A stretch of 46,395 nt of DNA from Clostridium sp. CAG:138 (GTDB lineage: Bacteria; Verrucomicrobiota; Kiritimatiellia; RFP12; UBA1067), in contig CAVFWS010000003.1 of the NCBI GenBank assembly GCA_963626295.1, positions 1 to 46,395 of the forward strand, in the 5' to 3' direction. Below, piece after piece: positions 32,109 to 40,537 of the stretch; the stretch's first letter is position 1, and the number at the start of each line of letters is the position of its first letter. Below the pieces are notes generated by a model that ran no database searches, was not told the origin of the DNA, and saw nothing but the letters and a program-made list of their open reading frames with translations. The translations under genes were made by a program, and so were the position numbers.

Positions 32109-33458
32109 TCAGCCTTGCACGACCGCCGTTTCAGGGGCCGCCGTCTGGGCCTGGTCGAGCGGAAGATCGTCCGCGACTTCGAGCGGCGCGTCGGCCTCGG
32201 CTGGCGCGGATTCTCCGCCCGATTGCGCGGAATCTGCCGCTTCGGGGGCACTTTCCGCGCCGACGGGCGGGGTCTTCGCCGCCCAGTCGCAGCCCTCGCC
32301 GTGGACGAACTCGGCCCACCGGCGGCGGATCACGTCGCAGTACTTGGGGTCGAGTTCCATCGTCCGGCACTTGCGCCCCGTCTGCTCGCAGGCGATCAGA
32401 GTGGAGCCCGAGCCGCCGAACGTGTCGACGACGACATCGCCTTTCTTCGAGGAGTTGCGGATCAGATAGATCAGCATCTCGGTCGGCTTCATGGTCGGAT
32501 GCACGTCGTTCTTCTTCGGCTTGTTGAACTCCATGACAGTGGTCTGCGAGCGGTCGGCGTACCATTCGTGTCCGGCCCCGTCCTTCCAGCCGTAGAGGCA
32601 CGGCTCGTGAATCCACTGGTAGTCCTGCCGCCCCAAGACGAGCGAGTTTTTCTTCCACACGAGGCACTGGCGGACGCGGAGACCGACATCGTGACACGCG
32701 CCACGGAAGTTGTAGCCTTCGGAATCCGCGTGGAAGATGTAGAACGGCGCACCCGGCTTCATGACCTTTTCCGCACAGGCGAAGGCCGAGCGCAGGAACT
32801 CGCGGAACTTCACGTCCTCCATCGAGTCGTTCTGGATCGTGAGTCCGTTCGACCCCTCGTAGGCCACGTTGTACGGCGGATCGGTGAGCCAGAGATCGGC
32901 TTCCTCCCTGCCGACGAGCTTTTCCACGTCGCCGGACTTGGTGGAGTCGCCGCACATGAGGAGGTGATCCCCGAGGACGTACACCTCGCCCGCGCGGGAG
33001 AGTGCCGCCTCCGGCACTTCGGGTGCCTCGTTCGGATCGGTCTCGCCGAGCGACACCGTGTCCTCGCCGTTGAGGAGCTTTTCGAGTTCGTCATCGTCGA
33101 AGCCAAGTTCCGCGACCTCGAACCCGGCCTCCTGCAACGCCTTCAGTTCGGCGCGGAGAAGTTCCTCGTTCCACTCGGCGATTTCGCCCGTCTTGTTGTC
33201 GGCGATGCGGAGCGCGTTCTCCTGCTCGGGCGTGAGGTGGTCGACGATCACGGCGGGAATCGTCTCCACGCCGATCTCCTTCATGGCCTTCACCCGCGTG
33301 TGGCCGTTGATGATGACCTTGTCTTTGTTGAGGACAATCGCGCCGATGAATCCGAACTTCCGGATGGACGCCACGACCGATGCGACCGCATTGTCGTTGT
33401 TCCTCGGGTTCTTCTCGTATGGCGTGATCTCCGAGAGCTTCACGTTCACTATTTCCAT
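32109..33458 (-). CDS. ParB-like nuclease domain fused to an N6-adenine/N4-cytosine DNA methyltransferase
   Basis: The N-terminus has PYEKNPRNN..INGHTRVKA (ParB/Srx-like). It is followed by LWLTDPPYNV (DPPY motif) and DTFGGSGSTLIACEQTGR (SAM-binding). Confidence 0.85.
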   Translation of the reverse strand: MEIVNVKLSEITPYEKNPRNNDNAVASVVASIRKFGFIGAIVLNKDKVIINGHTRVKAMKEIGVETIPAVIVDHLTPEQENALRIADNKTGEIAEWNEELLRAELKALQEAGFEVAELGFDDDELEKLLNGEDTVSLGETDPNEAPEVPEAALSRAGEVYVLGDHLLMCGDSTKSGDVEKLVGREEADLWLTDPPYNVAYEGSNGLTIQNDSMEDVKFREFLRSAFACAEKVMKPGAPFYIFHADSEGYNFRGACHDVGLRVRQCLVWKKNSLVLGRQDYQWIHEPCLYGWKDGAGHEWYADRSQTTVMEFNKPKKNDVHPTMKPTEMLIYLIRNSSKKGDVVVDTFGGSGSTLIACEQTGRKCRTMELDPKYCDVIRRRWAEFVHGEGCDWAAKTPPVGAESAPEAADSAQSGGESAPAEADAPLEVADDLPLDQAQTAAPETAVVQG

Positions 33459-33469
33459 TGCTTTCCTTT

Positions 33470-33501
33470 CTTGAACGGCCCTTGAACGGGCCTTGAAACG
33501 G
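33470..33501 (-). repeat. three direct repeats CTTGAACGG / CTTGAACGG / CTTGAAACGG with 11-bp phasing
   Basis: Starts at 33470, 33481 and 33492, about 12-40 nt upstream of the ParB-MTase ATG (33458) and touching its RBS. Confidence 0.7.
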
Positions 33502-33827
33502 TTGATTTTCGATGCCAGAATCCGCTCGCAGAGCCGCTGGCGCGAGAGCGTCCATAATCGGGCATTACGGGCGCATACGCACCCGAGACGCCCGCATATG
33601 AATGTTTCTCACTGTAAACAAACTCTGCTTAGTAGCCCCGCTCCTTCCCGCGCCCTGCCGTCGATAGCCCACAGGGGGGAACCGTCGGAAATTCGCGGCT
33701 GGGGGCCGCCGGGGGCCGGGTCGCCCAGCACTCGCTCGGCTTGGGCGGAGGGCACGTGGGGCGTCCTTGGGGCCTTGCAGGCGAATCTGTGCGGCCTTGC
33801 GAGAGATCGCAGGGCACAATCTCCCTT

Positions 33828-33868
33828 GCAGCGTAGTTATTAGCCGTGCAGGGGTGTTTTGGTGCAGA
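33828..33868 (-). promoter_or_regulatory. conserved bipartite motif, copy C
   Basis: GCAGCGTAGTTATTAGCCG-N14-GGTGCAGA, about 370 nt upstream of the ParB-MTase ATG. Confidence 0.55.
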
Positions 33869-34107
33869 CTATTTTTCTGAAGATTCTTCACTTGCCCCGT
33901 TGACTTGCAGGACAAGTTGTGGCATCATATCCCGCTGTCGGCCACCCGTCTCCTTTCCTGCCGATGCGCATGCCTATTACAGGGCGCAAGCCCCGTTGCG
34001 CACCGACAGTGTTTGCGCCGGGTGGCCGACTTCTTTTCCCCTCGCGCACGCTCGCGCGATCATACACGCACAAAACCGCCCAAAAAGCGTGTTGCACACG
34101 ACTGCCA

Positions 34108-34319
34108 GCGAACGTGCGAACACAAGGAAGAGAGAAAGGATAGAAAGAGAAGAAAGTAAAAGAGAATATATATTTTCCTCTTGTTATGTCTTTCTCTTCG
34201 CTCTTTTTCTTCCGTTCGCCTTATGTTCGCACCGCGTTCGCATTTTGCGACTTCCACAGTCGCTTTCGCCGGATTCTGCTAACACTTTGCGAACGTAACG
34301 CGACCATCCGAATGAACGC
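34108..34319. other. origin-like region: GCGAAC/GTTCGC iterons flanking a purine-tract / (AT)4 / pyrimidine-tract core
   Basis: GCGAAC at 34108, 34116 and 34289. GTTCGC at 34214, 34225 and 34236 (exact 11-bp spacing). Purine run ~34124-34166, ATATATAT 34166-34173, pyrimidine run 34173-34213. Confidence 0.4.
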
Positions 34320-34320
34320 A

Positions 34321-34371
34321 AAAGACAACAAAAAAGGCGTCCGCAAGAGCATTCATACTCCTGCGGACGCC
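34321..34371 (-). terminator. rho-independent terminator after the replication module
   Basis: GGCGTCCGCA (34336-34345) and TGCGGACGCC (34362-34371), followed on the minus strand by TTTTTTGTTGTCTTT. It lies 26 nt after the prim-pol stop. Confidence 0.7.
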
Positions 34372-34397
34372 TTGCGTCCCTGTCACGAGTCACCGCA

Positions 34398-36668
34398 TCA
34401 TGGAAGCACATAGAACACGCCTCCGCGCTGTCCGTACTCCTTCTTGAGTCGACAGCTCTCGACGAGCGTATCCGTGATGCGCTTGAACGACTCCCGGTCA
34501 ATGTGCGAATTGCGGAGAAGCCGTCCGTGTGAGATGCGACCGCCGTGCGCCTTCACGCCGCGCATGAGCTTCATCGAGAGCGATTCGTACTCCGTGTCGG
34601 CGACGAACAGTCCCGCCATGAAGAGCATACGCTTCGTCATGTGTTCGACAAGTTTCCACGCCCAGTCGACGGCATCGACATCCATCATGGGATCGAGCGG
34701 ATTCTTGCTGATCGCGTAGAGCGCGGCGAGCTTCGACACCTTCTCCCCCGCACGCGCCCAGAGGGCGTTAGCGGAATCGCACTCGAGTTCCGATGCGCGG
34801 GCATACTCCTTGTCCGCGAGGGCGAACACCTCGTCGAGCCGCTTCGTCGCCTCGGTCGTTTCGGGCAACACCATCGGCTGCGGATATTCCTTGAGAAGGT
34901 TCTGCTCGTGTCCCATGCGCACCATGTCCCGGACAGTCTGGAGGATCGAACTCGGAAACGCCTCCTCGTGGGGCGTGCCCGCCATGCCGCGCTCCGCCGC
35001 CTCGAGGACGATGCACCGCGCCAGAAGACCGTTCTCCATCGTGCGCTCCGTGAGCGACTGGTAGAAGAACTTGGGTGTCGCCGTGCCGAACATCGTGAGA
35101 TGAGGCTGCGGGATGTACGAGCCGGACTGAGGCTGTCCGCGCTGAATCGCCTTCTTGCGCATGACGTGGGTGGTCTTCGATTCCGAGTAGAGCTTCAACA
35201 GCATCGAGCTGATCTGCTCCGCCCGCGCATCCTTCAGCTTCACCGTGTTGAAGAGATAGTCCACCTCGTCCACCTGGTAGAGCATGGACGGCGAAATGCA
35301 GAGCGAATCCTCCAAGCCCTCGCCCGAAGCGAAGGTGTCGCCGAGTTCGCCCAGCATCGACATCTGCGCCGCGAGGTCGATGTTCACGGAGCGAGGATGC
35401 TCCTTGCCCGTTCCGGACTTCGCCAAGGCGAGAAGATAGAGGTTGAACCGACTTCCCCGCTTGTCCTTGTAGCGGCGTCCCGTCAGATGCGAGAGCATCG
35501 CCATCGCTCCGGCGAACGCGAGCGCCTTGTTCGGATAGTAGGCCGTCCGCAAGGTATAGCCCATCAGATCCGACACGAATCCCGGCACGTTGAAATACTC
35601 CTCCGGAATGACGCCCGGATCCTCGTACTCGAACGCCGCCTCGTGTGCATCGTCCGCATCCTCCGGCTGGACGACGACCGCTTCGGATCCTTTCTGTGCG
35701 ACGCCCGTCCGCGCCACTTGCTGCGCGAGACCCATGATGCCCGCACACTCGGCCATCGGCACCTCGTCGCCCGTCCCGTATCCGCGTTCCAGCAATGTAC
35801 GCGCCGCCGCCGTGAAGTCGCCACCGTGTTCAAGGAGCGCATACACCTGAAACTTGTTGTACCCCTTGGCCTCGAAGGGAGCGGCGTTCGTCGAGAAGAC
35901 ACACAGAATCTCCCCGTTGAAGGTCGCCGAGTTGCCGTCCCCGGACTTGCCGGGACGCTGCCACAGTTCGTTTCCGTCCGGCTTCGTGCCGAGGAACTTC
36001 CAGCCGTGCGCCGTCAGAACGGGCCGGATGTCGCCACGTGCGCAGAAATCGTCGCCCGGTTTCACCAGAAAGGCCGAATCCTGCCCCTGTGTGGCCTCCG
36101 TGGGGGCGATTGCGTCCACACACTCGTTCATCGCCTCCGCCGCCGACACGAGGGCTTTACGCTCGTCTGTCGAAAGGACGGACAGTTTCTCAAACCGTCC
36201 CTGCAAAAGACAATAACCCTCGGTGGGGGCACAGAGAAAAAGTCCGCCCTCGCCTCGGGTTTCTATAAGCGTCGTCTTCTTTCCCTCGCGCATTCCCTGC
36301 GCGAGCTTCCGGTTTCCTTCTACGGGATCTTGTGTCCGATAGAGGACATGGTATCCGCCGGATGGTGTGCGTTCGACGACGAGCCGGTCGAAGAGTGACT
36401 GCTCCAACGTCGCCGCCCACGCCTCGAAGCATTCGCCGTGCGCGTCGAAGTCGATGCACTCCAGGTTTCCGGACACCGCGCCCGCCACGATGCACACGCC
36501 GTCCTGCGCGTTCGCGAACCACGCCCCGACCTCGTACTCGGTCGGAAGCCGTTTCGCCCACGTCTTCCACGATCCGACGGACGGACGCTTCCTCTGCCGC
36601 GCCGCCGGGAGGACGGAGAGTCCCGCCGAAAGGTACGACTTCGCCAGTTCGACCGTCACAGTAGCCAT
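34398..36668 (-). CDS. bifunctional primase-polymerase (prim-pol) N-terminal domain fused to a DUF3987/D5-like helicase-type C-terminal domain
   Basis: IDFDAHGE and TPSGGYHVLYR are typical prim-pol blocks. The large C-terminal region resembles phage/plasmid primase-helicases. 756 aa. Confidence 0.75.
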   Translation of the reverse strand: MATVTVELAKSYLSAGLSVLPAARQRKRPSVGSWKTWAKRLPTEYEVGAWFANAQDGVCIVAGAVSGNLECIDFDAHGECFEAWAATLEQSLFDRLVVERTPSGGYHVLYRTQDPVEGNRKLAQGMREGKKTTLIETRGEGGLFLCAPTEGYCLLQGRFEKLSVLSTDERKALVSAAEAMNECVDAIAPTEATQGQDSAFLVKPGDDFCARGDIRPVLTAHGWKFLGTKPDGNELWQRPGKSGDGNSATFNGEILCVFSTNAAPFEAKGYNKFQVYALLEHGGDFTAAARTLLERGYGTGDEVPMAECAGIMGLAQQVARTGVAQKGSEAVVVQPEDADDAHEAAFEYEDPGVIPEEYFNVPGFVSDLMGYTLRTAYYPNKALAFAGAMAMLSHLTGRRYKDKRGSRFNLYLLALAKSGTGKEHPRSVNIDLAAQMSMLGELGDTFASGEGLEDSLCISPSMLYQVDEVDYLFNTVKLKDARAEQISSMLLKLYSESKTTHVMRKKAIQRGQPQSGSYIPQPHLTMFGTATPKFFYQSLTERTMENGLLARCIVLEAAERGMAGTPHEEAFPSSILQTVRDMVRMGHEQNLLKEYPQPMVLPETTEATKRLDEVFALADKEYARASELECDSANALWARAGEKVSKLAALYAISKNPLDPMMDVDAVDWAWKLVEHMTKRMLFMAGLFVADTEYESLSMKLMRGVKAHGGRISHGRLLRNSHIDRESFKRITDTLVESCRLKKEYGQRGGVFYVLP

Positions 36669-36682
36669 TTCCGTCCTTTCCG

Positions 36683-36940
36683 TCAGCGGATGGTGAACCA
36701 GCCGCCGATTCCGAATTGTTCAAGTTCCTTGAGGAGTTCAAGCTCCTCGTTCATGCGGACGCGCCCGTCCGCATCCATCTTCGGCTTCCAGTGCTTCGGA
36801 AGCCCGCTCGACCGCACCGTGTGCGAGAGCCGCGCACCCGCGCCGCGCCCGCCGAGGCAGTTGAGGCAGTGGCTTCCCCTGCGGAAGCCGTTCTCGTGTT
36901 CGGGGCCGATCTCCATGCGGCGTTTCTTCAGATCGCTCAC
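36683..36940 (-). CDS. hypothetical protein (85 aa from GTG; 77 aa if from ATG 36916)
   Basis: High-GC3 frame ending ...MNEELELLKELEQFGIGGWFTIR, with a GTGA overlap on the upstream small ORF. Confidence 0.45.
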   Translation of the reverse strand: MSDLKKRRMEIGPEHENGFRRGSHCLNCLGGRGAGARLSHTVRSSGLPKHWKPKMDADGRVRMNEELELLKELEQFGIGGWFTIR

Positions 36941-37089
36941 TTCATCACCCCCGCCACGCGGCAGAACGCGACCGCCCACGCGACCGTGAAGTTGAGAACC
37001 GCCATCGAAAGCCCCCAGTAGGCCATCCGCCTCCAGTAGTCGAGTTCGCGCTTCACCCGGCAGCAGCCGCGTCCAATCATGCATTCCAT
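36937..37089 (-). CDS. small membrane protein (50 aa), below the track cut-off
   Basis: MECMIGRGCCRVKRELDYWRRMAYWGLSMAVLNFTVAWAVAFCRVAGVMK. GAAAGGAAAC RBS and high GC3. Confidence 0.5.
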   Translation of the reverse strand: MECMIGRGCCRVKRELDYWRRMAYWGLSMAVLNFTVAWAVAFCRVAGVMK

Positions 37090-37092
37090 CGG

Positions 37093-37467
37093 TCAGTTTC
37101 CTTTCTTCGTGTGGTTCAAGAGATTCGTCCTGTTCCGGTCGAGGGCGTCGTAGTACTTGCCCGAGACGGAAATCGAATAGTTTGTCGGATTCGTGTAGGC
37201 GACGCTGAACGTCATCGGCCAGCAACCGGCCTCGCGCATCTCCTCCATCACCGCCGAGAGCCGCAGCGACAGCGCCTCGTGGTGTACGGGCTGCGCGGCT
37301 GGCGCCGCCGCGTCGTTCGCGCAGCCGGAAAAGCTCGCGATCCCCCAGAGAATCGCGAAGAGGATCGCGGCGTAGATCGCGTAGACACGCGCCCACCACC
37401 AGATCCGAAACAAAAGCTCGTAGAATTTGTCCCTGTTCAACCTTTCGTCAAAACGGAAGATCCTCAT
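37093..37467 (-). CDS. putative lipoprotein (124 aa)
   Basis: The hydrophobic segment AIYAAILFAILWGIASFSGC has a lipobox-like SFSGC. It is embedded in the replication module. Confidence 0.5.
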   Translation of the reverse strand: MRIFRFDERLNRDKFYELLFRIWWWARVYAIYAAILFAILWGIASFSGCANDAAAPAAQPVHHEALSLRLSAVMEEMREAGCWPMTFSVAYTNPTNYSISVSGKYYDALDRNRTNLLNHTKKGN

Positions 37468-39160
37468 CGTCCATCGACTCGGACTGTGCGTTCACCGCCG
37501 CCTTCGCCTCGCCGAGTTCGTATCCGATCACGTTCGGATACTTCTCGCCCGTGACCGTGCGCACCTTGATCTTCTTCACCTCCTTGAGCATCCCCATGAA
37601 GGCGTACTCGCACACGTCCTCCGCCGTGACCGGCATCGGGCACTCCGGAAGCGCGTGTTCCTTCCACCATTTCTCGAACTTCCTCCGGGCGTACCCCGTG
37701 TGTTCGGGACACAGCCACTCGGAAATCGAATGGAGGAGGTCGAGCCGGTAGGTGACGCGCACGGTGTGCGGCGCTTCCGGCGGTGCGCCCCGCTTCTGCC
37801 AGACGAAGTAGTCCGTATCCCTCACCTCGTGTTCTTCGGTGATCACCTCTCCGGACAAAACGCCGAGGTTCGAGGCGGTCGCGTCGAACTTCGGCTCCGG
37901 ATCCTTCTGCGGATACTCGTAGCCGCACTGTGGACAGCGCGGCATCGCAATCGGAATCAAGGCCCGGCACTGCGGACACACCTTCGCGAGCGGCCCGGAC
38001 TGTCCGGACTTCTCGCGCTCGGACGGCGGCTTCAGCGCATCCAGCGGCCCATGCCGCTCGATGTTGCGACCGTAATCGAGGATGAGGCAGTCGGTCTTCC
38101 CCGTTTCGGGCGAGAGCCGCGTGCCGCGCCCGCACATCTGCATGAGAAGTCCCGGCGACATCGTAGGACGCAGAAGGCACACTGTGTCGATTCCCGGCGC
38201 ATCGAATCCTGTCGTGAGACATTCGACGTTCGCCACGAACTTGAGCGGCTTCTTCCCGTTGCCGAAAAGGTCGGCGTCCACCACCTCGCCCTTGAAGCGG
38301 GCAAGGATCTCGGCGCGTTCGGAGGACGGCGTGTCGCCCGTCACGACCGCGCACTCCTCGCCGGTGTAGCCGTGGATCAGTTCGGCGACCCGATGCGCGT
38401 GTGCGACCGAGGTGCAGAAGATGATCACGGACTTACGATCCTTCGTCAGTTGCGCGATCTCGTGACACGCCGAAGTGACGATGGCCTCGTCACCCATCGC
38501 CCGGTCGATGTCCTCCTGCACGAACTCGCCGCCACGGATGTGGAGGTGGTCGAGATCGGCAAGAGCCCGCCCCGACTTCGAGACGAGCTTCGAGAGGAAG
38601 CCACGGTCGATCATTTCCTTCAATCCGATCTCATAGCACACCTCGTTCAGGATGTTCTCCGGCTTGCAGATGAGTCCGCCTTTCATCCGCCACGGGGTCG
38701 CCGTGAGCCCCACCACGCGGATGTTCGGATTGACGGCCTTGAGACCTTCGAGCAAGGTGCGGTACATCCCGTCGCCGTCCGGCGGCACCATGTGTACTTC
38801 GTCGATGATCACGACGTCGAACCGCCCGAAGTCCGCCGCCTTGTTGTAGATCGACTGGATGCCGCCGACGATCACCGACTGCGACATGTCGTGCCGCCCC
38901 AGTCCGGCGGAGTAGAGCCCGAGCGGAATGTCGGGGCAGATCGCCTTGATCTTCCCCGCATTCTGCTCCAGAAGTTCCTTCACATGAGCGATGCAGAGGA
39001 CGCGCCCACCCCAGTTCGTGACGGCATCCGAGGCGATCTGTCCGATCACCCAGCTCTTGCCGCTTCCCGTCGGCATCACGACGCAGGGATTCGTGTCCTT
39101 CTCGCGGAGATGCTTCCACACCGCGTTCACGGCATCGGCCTGGTAGTATCTCAGTCCCAT
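37448..39160 (-). CDS. SF2 DEAD/DEAH-box helicase with a zinc-ribbon insert
   Basis: Motifs PTGSGKS (I), DEVH (II), TATP (III) and QMCGRGTR (VI), plus CPQC..CPQC. Confidence 0.85.
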   Translation of the reverse strand: MGLRYYQADAVNAVWKHLREKDTNPCVVMPTGSGKSWVIGQIASDAVTNWGGRVLCIAHVKELLEQNAGKIKAICPDIPLGLYSAGLGRHDMSQSVIVGGIQSIYNKAADFGRFDVVIIDEVHMVPPDGDGMYRTLLEGLKAVNPNIRVVGLTATPWRMKGGLICKPENILNEVCYEIGLKEMIDRGFLSKLVSKSGRALADLDHLHIRGGEFVQEDIDRAMGDEAIVTSACHEIAQLTKDRKSVIIFCTSVAHAHRVAELIHGYTGEECAVVTGDTPSSERAEILARFKGEVVDADLFGNGKKPLKFVANVECLTTGFDAPGIDTVCLLRPTMSPGLLMQMCGRGTRLSPETGKTDCLILDYGRNIERHGPLDALKPPSEREKSGQSGPLAKVCPQCRALIPIAMPRCPQCGYEYPQKDPEPKFDATASNLGVLSGEVITEEHEVRDTDYFVWQKRGAPPEAPHTVRVTYRLDLLHSISEWLCPEHTGYARRKFEKWWKEHALPECPMPVTAEDVCEYAFMGMLKEVKKIKVRTVTGEKYPNVIGYELGEAKAAVNAQSESMDDEDLPF

Positions 39161-39164
39161 GAAA

Positions 39165-39443
39165 TCACTTCCTCACTTCGATGCCCTTGAGCCGGAGCCC
39201 GATGGCGATCCGACCCTTGGCGGCCTCAATCTCCTCCTCGGACATCGAGAGCGTCTTCGAGATCGTCTTGTTCTCGAGTCCCTGCATGAGCAGGAACGCG
39301 ACGAGGAAGAGCTTGTCGTCCTCGACCGTGTGCATGTACTCGCGGACGATCTCCCGCTTGCGCTCGATACGTTTGCGCCACTCCGGGATGAACTCCTCCT
39401 CGGGTTCCCTGTTCCTCTCCGCGTTGTGTTCTTCCTCTGCCAT
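39165..39443 (-). CDS. small acidic protein with a C-terminal sigma-region-4/LuxR-like HTH
   Basis: LFLVAFLLMQGLENKTISKTLSMSEEEIEAAKGRIAIGLR. 92 aa. Confidence 0.45.
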   Translation of the reverse strand: MAEEEHNAERNREPEEEFIPEWRKRIERKREIVREYMHTVEDDKLFLVAFLLMQGLENKTISKTLSMSEEEIEAAKGRIAIGLRLKGIEVRK

Positions 39444-39449
39444 TTGAAA

Positions 39450-39791
39450 TTACCTCTTCTCGATTGTGACGTGGACCATGCCGTCCGGCGGCACGGCGTC
39501 CATCATGTGCAGTCCCAGATCCTTGACGAGCGAATCGTCCTCGTAGACCCCGGCGTGCGTGAGCGAATCCAAGAGACACTTCAGACAGTTATCCAAGTCT
39601 CGTCTGCGGTTGTCCGGCGGATAGAGCTCGATGCGCACCTTCACGGGGACGGTGAACTTCTCGAAAAGCCCGCCGAGCCGGGACACGGTCTTCAGCCGGT
39701 ACTGCCGGCCCTCGCGGCTGATGAGCACACGGGGGCCGACGTGCCGATAGTACCGGTTCAGGCTCGGAGGCCACGGAAGCTCGAAGCTCAC
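39450..39791 (-). CDS. rusA: RusA-family Holliday junction resolvase
   Basis: VSFELPWPPSLNRYYRH...RRRDLDNCLKCLLDSLTHAGVYEDDSLV. GTG start with a GTGA overlap at 39788-39791. Confidence 0.75.
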   Translation of the reverse strand: MSFELPWPPSLNRYYRHVGPRVLISREGRQYRLKTVSRLGGLFEKFTVPVKVRIELYPPDNRRRDLDNCLKCLLDSLTHAGVYEDDSLVKDLGLHMMDAVPPDGMVHVTIEKR

Positions 39792-40264
39792 CGGCTCCAC
39801 GGGGCCTTTCCTTGCGTAGCCGTGGTCTGTGCGGCCTGGACGGGCGTCGCGGCCTGCGGGGCCGTCTGGGCGGCTTCCTTCGCCTTGTAGCCGCCGACCT
39901 CGTTCGTGTAGGTGTCGTCGTCGCGCTTCACGCGCTTCACCACGACCAAGAACGGGATGTTGTGCAGTTCCGAGCTGTCGCCGGGATTCATGACGTTCAC
40001 GGCGCGGCAGATCGAGGAGAGTTCGCGGCGGGCGATCTCGACCGCCTTGACGTTCTGGTTCGCGAGGTTGAGGCGCGACCACACCCTGCGGCCCTGGTGG
40101 TCGCCGGAGATGATCTCGATGGTGAGTTCGAGATACGATCCCGTCCCGTTCTTCGTCGGCTTCATCGCGGAGTCCGTGATGACGGCCTCGTAGGTTCCGG
40201 CGGGGATCGCCTCGAAGGTTTCGAGCGGCTGCACTTCGGCAGCGTTGAAGTTGAGCTGTGCCAT
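39788..40264 (-). CDS. DUF669-like phage ssDNA-binding protein
   Basis: IPAGTYEAVITDSAMKPTKNGTGSYLELTIEIISGDHQGRRVWSRLNL fits my recollection of the DUF669 pattern. It sits next to a Sak4-like ATPase, as is usual. Confidence 0.6.
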   Translation of the reverse strand: MAQLNFNAAEVQPLETFEAIPAGTYEAVITDSAMKPTKNGTGSYLELTIEIISGDHQGRRVWSRLNLANQNVKAVEIARRELSSICRAVNVMNPGDSSELHNIPFLVVVKRVKRDDDTYTNEVGGYKAKEAAQTAPQAATPVQAAQTTATQGKAPWSR

Positions 40265-40267
40265 GAC

Positions 40268-40537
40268 TTATCTGACCTTTCTTGCTTTGTTGTTGGTGTT
40301 GCCTTTGCGGCGGTTGACTGTGCGGGCGCGGACTGCGCCACGGACAAGGGTTCTCGGGCGGATCGGGCGGGGGACTTTCACAGCCGCGTTCTCCGCCGCC
40401 GGACAGGCCTCGTGCGTGAACCGGCACTCGCCGGTCTTCTCGTCGAAGGTGACGATGGCCGTCTCTCCCGCCTTGATCGTCTCGCCGCAGCGGTCGCACA
40501 CGACCGCCGCAGTGAGGGTGACGCGCTGCCTCTTCAT
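40268..40537 (-). CDS. small Cys-containing protein with a basic tail
   Basis: VVCDRCGE...ECRFTHEAC, then an Arg/Lys-rich C-terminus. ATGA overlap with the upstream stop. Confidence 0.45.
   Translation of the reverse strand: MKRQRVTLTAAVVCDRCGETIKAGETAIVTFDEKTGECRFTHEACPAAENAAVKVPRPIRPRTLVRGAVRARTVNRRKGNTNNKARKVR

Noticed and set aside
33565-34298. Several 60-150-aa ORFs on both strands in the 33.5-34.4 kb gap
   Set aside because: Their translations are low-complexity (Arg/Pro/Ala-rich, or Phe/Leu/Ser from the pyrimidine tract) and lack an RBS. The region looks non-coding (leader plus origin-like).
36683-37399. 238-aa composite minus-strand ORF
   Set aside because: Only its last ~85 codons have coding-like composition. 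The upstream part overlaps, in another frame, a 50-aa ORF with a consensus RBS and the 3' end of the lipoprotein gene.
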